DNA of 64,000 bases from Bacteroidia bacterium (lineage in GTDB: Bacteria > Bacteroidota > Bacteroidia > NS11-12g > UBA9320), in NCBI GenBank assembly GCA_029268695.1, contig JAQWNJ010000017.1, forward strand, positions 56,521 through 120,520, given 5' to 3'. The position numbers were made by a program, and so were the translations under genes. Shown in pieces: positions 39,117 to 47,082 of this stretch. The notes beneath the pieces are model-generated. The model was not told the origin of the DNA. It searched no databases and saw nothing but the letters and a program-made list of their open reading frames with translations. Each line of letters starts with the position of its first letter. Within the stretch, counting starts at the first letter, position 1.

Positions 39117-40409
39117 TTAAAAATCAGATAATAATCCTTCTGCATCTGCAAGTGTCCATCCAACAAATTCAGATTTATCAGCACCACCATCTTTAGCAGT
39201 TACTAATTTATTACCCGAAGAAACAAACTTAGCATCTGAAGCAGCAGCATCAGCACCTTCAGCTTTGTCAGCGAAAATATCTTCTACAGAAGACCAAGTA
39301 GTTGTATTTCCATCTGGCTCGCCATCTTCGTCTAATGTCCATGCAGTAGAGTTGAAAGAATTGTTAGCAATGTTAAGAGCTCCTGAAGAAAAGTTAGAAG
39401 ATACAACTGGCTCATCCAATTCAACATCAGCATTTTGATTGAATCCAAAGAAATAAAGACCTTCAACAGTTCCTCGAGCTTTTGATCTAAAATCAGTAAA
39501 CTCACCTTGAACAGCGTTACCCATCAATGAACCATTCTTTAATGTGAAAGAAGCTTCCGAATTTTCAGAACCTTCTGGTCCGTCAATCTCTAAACCATGG
39601 TCAGAGCTTTCTCCACCTATGTAAATGAAGTTATCAATAGTACCAGCATAAGCCTGATCAATATCGTAAGCGTCATCTCCTTGATACATTACCAATGCAT
39701 GATCTATGTTGACTGTTCCTCCAAAGCATTCGATACCATCATCAACATTAGCCACTACCTCTACGTGGTGGATAGTAGTACCTGTACCAACTCCACCCAA
39801 TGTAAGACCGTTGATTTCATTACCTTCACCGATTAAAGTACCTCCGTGACGGATAGAGATGTAAGTAATTATACCTGAATTATCTGCAGCATCAGGACCA
39901 CCGTAGTTACCTTCAACAACATCAGCAGGGATTCCTTCAATCTGCTCTGTGGCTCCTGTTTTTGGAGAAGTTGGTGCATTACCCAATACGATAAGACCAC
40001 CCCAGAAACCAGTTGCAGTAGCAGGATCCAAATTTGATCCAAATTTCTCTCCTAAAGCGATCTCATCAGCGATAGATGTAAAGATAATTGGATTTTCTGC
40101 AGTTCCTGCAGCGATAATTTTTGCTCCTCTTGCTATAACTAGAGATGAAGCATTTGCACCTGTTCCAGCTTCGCCTTTAACGATTGTACCAGGTTGAATT
40201 GTTAATGTTACTCCACTTTTAACTACAACCCTATCTTTTAAAATATGAAACTTGTCTGAAGACCATGTTTCATCTTCAGAAATAAACCCAGAATGATCTA
40301 CTGAATTAGCATTAACAGTTGGTTCAGTGATAATATCATCATCAGAGTCACATGCAGTAAAGAATAAAGATAAAAGGATGATTGAAAATAATAATGTTTT
40401 GCTTTTCAT
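39117..40409 (-). CDS. Hypothetical surface-exposed lipoprotein (Gly/Asp/Thr-rich, beta-rich), upstream of TBDR
   Basis: Signal peptide MKSKTLLFSIILLSLFFTAC, then CDSDDDIITE, an acidic Bacteroidota lipoprotein surface-export signal; 430 aa mature protein; track start 40463 replaced by the Met that gives a proper signal peptide. Confidence 0.55.
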   Translation of the reverse strand: MKSKTLLFSIILLSLFFTACDSDDDIITEPTVNANSVDHSGFISEDETWSSDKFHILKDRVVVKSGVTLTIQPGTIVKGEAGTGANASSLVIARGAKIIAAGTAENPIIFTSIADEIALGEKFGSNLDPATATGFWGGLIVLGNAPTSPKTGATEQIEGIPADVVEGNYGGPDAADNSGIITYISIRHGGTLIGEGNEINGLTLGGVGTGTTIHHVEVVANVDDGIECFGGTVNIDHALVMYQGDDAYDIDQAYAGTIDNFIYIGGESSDHGLEIDGPEGSENSEASFTLKNGSLMGNAVQGEFTDFRSKARGTVEGLYFFGFNQNADVELDEPVVSSNFSSGALNIANNSFNSTAWTLDEDGEPDGNTTTWSSVEDIFADKAEGADAAASDAKFVSSGNKLVTAKDGGADKSEFVGWTLADAEGLLSDF

Positions 40410-40496
40410 TTTGTTATTTGTTGTTAATTTTATACTGCAACGTTGGTTAAGTAATATTATCAATAGGTTAACAAAATTTTATTTTTTCACTAATGT

Positions 40497-41333
40497 CTAT
40501 AGAAGATTTTCACATATCAATTTATATAATTCAGTACACTCCACGGCTTCTTTTACATCGTGAACTCTCAAGATATTAGCCCCATTTTTAAGTGAAAAAG
40601 CATGTAAAAATGTAGTTCCGTTTAACGCATCTTTCACATCGATATTTAAAGATTTATATATCATGCTTTTTCGAGAAACACCAATCAATATGGGAACATT
40701 AAGACTTTTTAATTCACTCAGTTGACTCAATAACATATAATTGTGAGTCACCAATTTGCCGAAGCCAAATCCTGGATCTATAATTACATCTTCAATACCT
40801 GCAGATTTACATTTATCAATTACATGCTTCAAATACGAATAAACTTCTTCTAACACGTTCGAATATTGAGGGTTATTCTGCATATTTGATGGTTTACCTT
40901 GTTTATGCATGGCGATAAATGGCACATTATGTTTAGCCACTGTATGAATCATATTTATATCATCACTTCCAGCACTGATGTCATTGACAATAGAAGCTCC
41001 AATTTTTATAGATTCATCTGCCACGTGGCTTCTAAACGTATCTACTGAAATAGGTATATCCATTTCTTGTGTTACTCTCTCAATGATTGGAATAACTCGG
41101 TCCATTTCTTCTTGTTCAGAAACGTCTTTAGCACCTGGTCTTGAACTATATCCGCCGATATCGATAATGCTAGCTCCCTCTTTGACCATTTGAACAGCCC
41201 TTCTGACAGCATCATCAGCAAAAACATATTTTCCGCCATCAGAAAATGAGTCAGGTGTAACATTTAGAATACCCATTACAATTGGCGATGAAACATCCAA
41301 TTTTTTTTCTTTTATGTTGATGGTTCGCTTCAT
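40497..41333 (-). CDS. folP: Dihydropteroate synthase
   Basis: Pterin-binding TIM barrel motifs (VMGILNVTPDSFSDGG; DIGGYSSRPGA); 278 aa. Confidence 0.85.
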   Translation of the reverse strand: MKRTINIKEKKLDVSSPIVMGILNVTPDSFSDGGKYVFADDAVRRAVQMVKEGASIIDIGGYSSRPGAKDVSEQEEMDRVIPIIERVTQEMDIPISVDTFRSHVADESIKIGASIVNDISAGSDDINMIHTVAKHNVPFIAMHKQGKPSNMQNNPQYSNVLEEVYSYLKHVIDKCKSAGIEDVIIDPGFGFGKLVTHNYMLLSQLSELKSLNVPILIGVSRKSMIYKSLNIDVKDALNGTTFLHAFSLKNGANILRVHDVKEAVECTELYKLICENLL

Positions 41334-41377
41334 TATGAGATCAATGTACTTTAAATTCGCAACAAATTAATATCATT

Positions 41378-41926
41378 TTGAGTACAGATACAGCTTTACT
41401 TTTTGACAAATCCATTGCTAAATGCAGAGATATATTTAAAAAAAAGACCTATGACTATGGAACTGCATGGAGAGTTTTAAGACCCATATCCATTACTGAT
41501 CAAATCTTCATCAAGGCTCAACGAATCAGAAGTATTGAGGAAAAACAAGAAAATAAAGTAGGTGAGAGTATAGAAAATGAATTTATTGGAATAATCAACT
41601 ACTGCATTATAGCTTTAATACAAATTGATTTAAAGGCTGATGATGACATGGAAATGGATCCCTTAAAAGTTCTAGAATTATTTGACAAAAAAGCTTCCTT
41701 GTGTAAAGAATTAATGATTGTTAAAAATCATGACTATGGTGAAGCTTGGAGAGATATGCGGGTAAGCACATATACTGATCTCATTTTAATGAAAATATTA
41801 AGAACTAAGCAAATTGAAAATAAAGGGGGTAAAACACTTATCTCTGAGGGTATAGATGCCAATTTTAGTGACATGTTAAACTATTCTATCTTCGCCTTAA
41901 TAAGAATTAATAAATTCTATCAATAA
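41378..41926 (+). CDS. DUF1599-like protein with internal two-fold repeat
   Basis: Two repeats: KKTYDYGTAWRVLRPISITDQIFIKAQRIRSIE and VKNHDYGEAWRDMRVSTYTDLILMKILRTKQIE; divergent from folP, as is common in Bacteroidota. Confidence 0.55.
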   Translation: MSTDTALLFDKSIAKCRDIFKKKTYDYGTAWRVLRPISITDQIFIKAQRIRSIEEKQENKVGESIENEFIGIINYCIIALIQIDLKADDDMEMDPLKVLELFDKKASLCKELMIVKNHDYGEAWRDMRVSTYTDLILMKILRTKQIENKGGKTLISEGIDANFSDMLNYSIFALIRINKFYQ

Positions 41927-41928
41927 TC

Positions 41929-43425
41929 ATGAGGTATTTAGCTAATTTTTTCAGAATATGTGTGGGTTTTTTGTTCATATTCTCAGGACTAATAAAATCG
42001 AATGACCCTACTGGATTTAGTTATAAATTAGATGAATATTTCTCTGTTTTTTCAGCAGATTTTGAACCCATACAGGACAACTTGAATTTTCACTTCAATA
42101 CAAAGAGTCAATCTGATACTTTCTATTTAACTATCAACCCAAATCAACCAGAGTATAAATTATCTACCTATTTAAAACCATGGGAATTAGTTTCAGACGA
42201 TACTACAATTTATAATCGAAAAATTAGCTTCCAGATCAATCATCAAGACATCTTTACTACCAATGTTGAAACTATTGACACACTTGATCAAATAGGAGAA
42301 TTACACTGTAATGTCAGGGACATATTAATCAAAACAATAAAAATAACTAATACTCCACTGATTACATTTTCAGTAGATGTGAATCCCTATATAATTCCCA
42401 ATTCTATTTTTGTTAATTTCTTTCAAAAGTTAAGGTCATATAGTGTTCAAATTGCAATTGGCATATGTGTCCTTGAAATTTTATTAGGTCTTGCCTTGAT
42501 TCTAGGATGGGCACCACGCCTAATTATATTAAGTATTTTAACTCTCACCTTATTTTTTACTTTCCTGACATGGTATAGTGCGTACTTTAATAAAGTCACG
42601 GATTGTGGATGTTTTGGTGATGCTATTAAGCTAACACCATGGCAGAGCTTTTACAAAGACATTGTTTTGGGAGTTGCCAGTTTAATTATCGCCTTTGGTA
42701 TTCGATTTGTAAAACCAGTATTCAGTTCACCATTCTCAGTAAAAATACTTACTATATGCCTAATAATATCTGTCGGATTCTCGATCTACTGTTGGCACTA
42801 TCTACCAGTTAAAAACTTCCTTAAATTTAAAAAGGGAAATAATATATATGAGTTAGCTACTGTTCCAGAGGATGCACCAACAGACGTTTATGAAAATATT
42901 TTTATTTATGCAAAGGATGGTGTAAATGAAGAATTTACCTTAGATGATATTAGTAGTCGTAACCTCCAAAAAGAAGGTTATGTATTTGTTGACCGCATAG
43001 ACAAACTAATCAGTAAAGGTTATGAACCTGAAATCCATGACTTTAAAATCATGGATGTTGACAGAACAAATGACTACATAGAAGATTTCTATGCTGATTC
43101 AGGATATAAATTACTACTAGTATTTAGTGATATTGAAAAAACCAATACGCAAGCCATGGATGAGATAAAGACTATTATTCAATTTTGCAATAAAAATGAA
43201 ATTACGCTCTATCCACTTACAGCGAGTAAATCACAAGATGTTGATTCATTCGTAAAAAAATACGAACTTAATACACCCTTTTATTATGGAGATAAAACTA
43301 ATCTAAAATCGATAATACGAAGCAACCCTGGACTAGTTCTTCTCTACAAAAACAGCGTCATTGAAAATTGGCCAAGCACAAATTTGCCATCAGAAAATGA
43401 ATTATCAAGTATCACTAATCCATGA
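41929..43425 (+). CDS. DoxX-like integral membrane protein with large extra-membrane C-terminal region (BT_3928-like)
   Basis: N-terminal FFRICVGFLFIFSGLIK DoxX-type helix, several further TM helices, ~200-aa soluble C-terminal part; ATGA overlap with the downstream permease. Confidence 0.4.
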   Translation: MRYLANFFRICVGFLFIFSGLIKSNDPTGFSYKLDEYFSVFSADFEPIQDNLNFHFNTKSQSDTFYLTINPNQPEYKLSTYLKPWELVSDDTTIYNRKISFQINHQDIFTTNVETIDTLDQIGELHCNVRDILIKTIKITNTPLITFSVDVNPYIIPNSIFVNFFQKLRSYSVQIAIGICVLEILLGLALILGWAPRLIILSILTLTLFFTFLTWYSAYFNKVTDCGCFGDAIKLTPWQSFYKDIVLGVASLIIAFGIRFVKPVFSSPFSVKILTICLIISVGFSIYCWHYLPVKNFLKFKKGNNIYELATVPEDAPTDVYENIFIYAKDGVNEEFTLDDISSRNLQKEGYVFVDRIDKLISKGYEPEIHDFKIMDVDRTNDYIEDFYADSGYKLLLVFSDIEKTNTQAMDEIKTIIQFCNKNEITLYPLTASKSQDVDSFVKKYELNTPFYYGDKTNLKSIIRSNPGLVLLYKNSVIENWPSTNLPSENELSSITNP

Positions 43426-44477
43426 TACAATTTATCCTAAAAAGAATATTAAGTGGTATTTTCATATTGTTTAGCGTAATAACCGTTGTTTTTTTTCTTT
43501 TTAAATTTTCATTTCCTAATCCTGAAAAAATGGCTATTGGTCAACGCACAGATGTTGCTACACAAGAATCCATAAAAAAAGAGTTTGGACTTGATAAACC
43601 AACTTTTACGCAATACGCATTGTTTCTTAATGACATATCTCCAATCTCTTTGCATTCAAAAGATGAAGAGTTGAATTTTAAATATGATCCATTGCTAAAA
43701 ATTATCTTACATAATAAAGTAATATTGATAAAAACTCCGTTCCTAAGAAAGTCATTTCAATCTAGAGTTAAAACAACTAAGTTAATTAGAGAATCCTTTA
43801 AAGGCACTTTCATTTTGGCTCTTGCATCTATCCTCTTGGCAATAATTTTAGGAGTTTTACTTGGTGTGTTGTCTTCAATTAAAATCAATTCCCCAATTGA
43901 CCAAACTATTGTTTTTATCAGTACAATAGGTATTTCTGTCCCATCATTCTTCTCAGCAATCATACTAGCTTGGCTATTTGGTTTTGTACTTCATGATTAC
44001 ACGGGATTATTCATGACTGGAAGCTGGACAGATATCGATCCGTACAATGGTGAATATTATCAATGGAAAAATATTATACTTCCTGCAATTGCATTAGGAG
44101 TTAGACCTCTTTCTATATTTACACTGTTAACAAGAAGCTCCATGTTTGATACTTTAAACAAAGACTTCATCAAGACAGCCAAATCAAAAGGTATTAACCC
44201 ATCATCCATTCTAATAAAACATGCCCTGCCTAATGCATTAAATCCTGTGATAACAGCTATTAGCGGTTGGTTTGCATCACTTCTTGCAGGAGCTTTTTTT
44301 GTAGAATATATTTTTAATTGGAGAGGACTAGGAAAACTAACCATAGAAGCACTTGAAATGAATGATCTTCCTGTTGTCATGGGGTCTATTCTATTCATTG
44401 GTTTTATTTTTATAATCACTAACATTATTGTGGATATTTTATATGTCAAACTTGACCCAAGAATAAAGTTAAGCTAA
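43422..44477 (+). CDS. ABC transporter permease, OppB/DppB family (orphan, no adjacent partner components)
   Basis: N-terminal MIQFILKRILSGIFILFSV typical of OppB/DppB; binding-protein-dependent transport-system inner-membrane domain; 351 aa. Confidence 0.75.
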   Translation: MIQFILKRILSGIFILFSVITVVFFLFKFSFPNPEKMAIGQRTDVATQESIKKEFGLDKPTFTQYALFLNDISPISLHSKDEELNFKYDPLLKIILHNKVILIKTPFLRKSFQSRVKTTKLIRESFKGTFILALASILLAIILGVLLGVLSSIKINSPIDQTIVFISTIGISVPSFFSAIILAWLFGFVLHDYTGLFMTGSWTDIDPYNGEYYQWKNIILPAIALGVRPLSIFTLLTRSSMFDTLNKDFIKTAKSKGINPSSILIKHALPNALNPVITAISGWFASLLAGAFFVEYIFNWRGLGKLTIEALEMNDLPVVMGSILFIGFIFIITNIIVDILYVKLDPRIKLS

Positions 44478-44980
44478 TGCATATTTTTCTAACAGGATAT
44501 ATGGGAGTGGGTAAAACAACTATCGGGCTTCAATTGTCTGAAATATTGGAATTAGATTTCATTGATCTGGACCAAGAAATAATAAATCAAACAGGGTTAT
44601 CAATCCCCGAAATTTTCAATAATAATGGGGAAGATTATTTTAGAATAATTGAGAAAAATGTACTTACTAAAATAAACCTTCAAAAGAAATCATCAATTAT
44701 TGCTCTTGGCGGTGGAACCATATGTGACCATGAAAACAGAAGATTAATTCTTCAAAACAACATCTGCATCTATCTCTACAAACCATGGGAAGAAATAGAA
44801 AAAAGTCTCCCAAAACTTAAAAACAGACCACTAATTATCAAAAACTCCCCCTCTAAATTGAGAGAACTTTACAACAAAAGACAATCAACATACGAACTTT
44901 CACAGCTTAAGATGCCCATAAACACTGTGTTTGAGACCCAAAAACTAGCAAATTATTTGAAATTATTAACAAATAGGTAA
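44477..44980 (+). CDS. aroK: Shikimate kinase
   Basis: Walker A LTGYMGVGKTTIG, LDFIDLDQEI, GGG lid (ALGGGTI); 167 aa; TAATG stop/start overlap with the permease. Confidence 0.85.
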   Translation: MHIFLTGYMGVGKTTIGLQLSEILELDFIDLDQEIINQTGLSIPEIFNNNGEDYFRIIEKNVLTKINLQKKSSIIALGGGTICDHENRRLILQNNICIYLYKPWEEIEKSLPKLKNRPLIIKNSPSKLRELYNKRQSTYELSQLKMPINTVFETQKLANYLKLLTNR

Positions 44981-45050
44981 CAGTCCTTGTATCCATACGG
45001 GTCTTCGCATTAACATTGGAGAATAATAATTATTTAAAACAATTAACAAA

Positions 45051-45323
45051 ATGAACAAATCAGATTTAATCTCAGCTATGGCTGATTCAGCTGGTATCTC
45101 AAAAGCACAAGCTGGTGAGGCACTAAACGCATTTATGGATTCTACTTCTTCTGCTCTTAAAAATGGAGAGAAACTTATCCTTGTTGGATTCGGAACTTTC
45201 TCTGTAAGCAAAAGAGCTGCTAGAACTGGTAGAAACCCAAGAACTGGAAAAGAAATTCAAATCGCTGCTAAAAATGTTGTAAAATTCAAAGCAGGTTCTG
45301 GACTTTCTGATAAAGTTAATTAA
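45051..45323 (+). CDS. hup: HU-family DNA-binding protein
   Basis: 90 aa; [11 protein letters not shown]...[28 protein letters not shown], the canonical HU arm region. Confidence 0.9.
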   Translation: MNKSDLISAMADSAGISKAQAGEALNAFMDSTSSALKNGEKLILVGFGTFSVSKRAARTGRNPRTGKEIQIAAKNVVKFKAGSGLSDKVN

Positions 45324-45344
45324 TATTTACCTAGTAAATATTTT

Positions 45345-45379
45345 AAGCCCTTGTAGGATCCTACAAGGGCTTTTTTTTT
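45345..45379 (+). terminator. Rho-independent terminator after hup
   Basis: Perfect inverted repeat AAGCCCTTGTAGGA-TCCTACAAGGGCTT followed by T9. Confidence 0.85.
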
Positions 45380-45479
45380 GCGTCCTTTGAAAATTAATAA
45401 TTAGCTTTCTAAATCATATCTTCGTAGAATCAAAAATTCATTCCTTAAATATATTGCTCAAACTTCACCAAATCCACCT

Positions 45480-46598
45480 ATGTATGAATTTGTACGAGGA
45501 AAAGGAATACACTTGTATGATAGGTATAATAAGCCATTCATTGATTTAATTAGCGGTATAGCTGTAAATAATATTGGCCATTGTAATCCGGAAGTCACTA
45601 AAGCTATAAAAGACCAAGTGGATAAATATAGTCACCAAATGGTTTATGGTGAATACATTGTGCAACCACAAGTCCAACTTGCCAAAAATCTCGCCAAAAA
45701 TCTACCCTCAAATCTTCAATCATTTTATTTTTTAAATAGTGGAAGTGAGGCAATCGAAGGAGCTATGAAAGTGGCTAAAAAATATACAGGAAGATCCAAA
45801 ATAGTTGCAATGAGAAATGCCTATCATGGAAGTTCAAGTGGTTCACTTAGTATGATGAGCAATGAATATTACTCTGGACCCTTTAAACCTCTATTACCAA
45901 ATATCTATTTCATGGACTATAATGATTTAGATTCCATTGAAATCATCGATGAAAGGACTGCAGCAGTATTTATTGAACCTATTCAAGCTGAAATAGGATA
46001 TTTACCAGCAACACAAGAATTCTTAAATGCCCTTAGAGAAAAATGTGACAAAACTGGGACTTTATTAATCTTTGACGAAATACAAACAGGTATTGGAAGA
46101 ACAGGTAAATTATTTGCTTTTGAACATTATAACATTACACCCGATATTTTAGTGAGTGCAAAAGCCCTGGGTGGAGGAATGCCTATAGGAGCATTCATAA
46201 GTTCATCCAAAATCATGAAAAGTATCGAAGACAAACCTATCCTAGGTCATATTAGCACTTTTGGGGGGCATCCAGTTTGCTGTGCTGCAGGAAATGCCTC
46301 ATTAAATTACATTGAAAAATATCAGCTTCTAGATAAGGTTTCAGAAAAAGAAGCTTTATTTAGAAAATTATTAGTTCATCCAAAAATTAAAAAAACTAGC
46401 GGTAAAGGTTTGATGCTCTCTATTGAACTAGATAATTTTGATGAAGTCGAAAGGACAATGAAAAGATGTATGGAGCATGGAGTAATTATTGATTGGTTTC
46501 TATATAATACTAACTGCCTTAGAATATCTCCACCATTAATTATATCTAATTCTGAAATACACAAGGTATGCAAGACAATATTAAGATCTCTCGATTAA
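45480..46598 (+). CDS. Class-III PLP aminotransferase (acetylornithine/ornithine aminotransferase family)
   Basis: GIAVNNIGHCNPEV, LLIFDEIQTGIGRTGKLFAFEHY, PLP-Lys region SAKALGGG; N-terminus about 20 aa shorter than typical and no in-frame upstream start exists. Confidence 0.75.
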   Translation: MYEFVRGKGIHLYDRYNKPFIDLISGIAVNNIGHCNPEVTKAIKDQVDKYSHQMVYGEYIVQPQVQLAKNLAKNLPSNLQSFYFLNSGSEAIEGAMKVAKKYTGRSKIVAMRNAYHGSSSGSLSMMSNEYYSGPFKPLLPNIYFMDYNDLDSIEIIDERTAAVFIEPIQAEIGYLPATQEFLNALREKCDKTGTLLIFDEIQTGIGRTGKLFAFEHYNITPDILVSAKALGGGMPIGAFISSSKIMKSIEDKPILGHISTFGGHPVCCAAGNASLNYIEKYQLLDKVSEKEALFRKLLVHPKIKKTSGKGLMLSIELDNFDEVERTMKRCMEHGVIIDWFLYNTNCLRISPPLIISNSEIHKVCKTILRSLD

Positions 46599-46599
46599 A

Positions 46600-46767
46600 C
46601 TAACTATCAAGTTTTTCAATTTCTTTTAGAATCGCATCAGCTTCTGCAGCTTTGGCATCAGAGGCAGTTCTATTTACAGTGCTTAGTTTATAAGACTCTT
46701 TAATAAGTTTATCATAGGTTTCTTCGAGTTTTTCCTTTTGAGATTTTTTTTTAAATAAACCGAACAT
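46600..46767 (-). CDS. Small conserved hypothetical protein, 55 aa (not in the ORF track)
   Basis: Hand translation of the reverse complement: MFGLFKKKSQKEKLEETYDKLIKESYKLSTVNRTASDAKAAEADAILKEIEKLDS, ATG start to TAG stop; resembles small MFGLFKKK... proteins I recall as annotated in Flavobacteriia (unverified). Confidence 0.45.
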   Translation of the reverse strand: MFGLFKKKSQKEKLEETYDKLIKESYKLSTVNRTASDAKAAEADAILKEIEKLDS

Positions 46768-46820
46768 GTTAAAAAAACATTTTTCTATGTGAATAGTTCA
46801 TATCATCTTTTAATAAGTAC

Positions 46821-46985
46821 TTACTTCCCCCAGAGGCCTTCTTGTCTTCCTTTCTTTTTCTTGGCAGATTTTGGGTTATATCCCTCCATATCATCTTGAA
46901 GTGCAGCACAATGCTTGGCTTTGCATGAAAAAAGAGACATTGCAGTCATGGAAATTAAGAAAATATATAATAGCATCATTCTCAT
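46821..46985 (-). CDS. Putative small lipoprotein, 54 aa (not in the ORF track)
   Basis: Hand translation: MRMMLLYIFLISMTAMSLFSCKAKHCAALQDDMEGYNPKSAKKKKGRQEGLWGK; hydrophobic signal ending in lipobox-like LFSC; ATG to TAA. Confidence 0.3.
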   Translation of the reverse strand: MRMMLLYIFLISMTAMSLFSCKAKHCAALQDDMEGYNPKSAKKKKGRQEGLWGK

Positions 46986-47082
46986 TATTCAAATAACCAA
47001 AATTCACTTGATATAATCAAAAAAATATGTAGAGCGTGTTGAGGTATTATATTTGAAAGGTATAGGTTAAAATAATCAAAGA

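Noticed and set aside
44966-45211. 81-aa minus-strand ORF overlapping hup
   Set aside because: Antisense to the canonical HU gene, which has its own strong terminator; spurious.
46986-47082. Looked for a cobalamin (or other) riboswitch upstream of the TonB-dependent receptor at 47083
   Set aside because: Leader is under 100 nt and lacks a B12-box (GCCACTG-like) or any structured GC-rich element.
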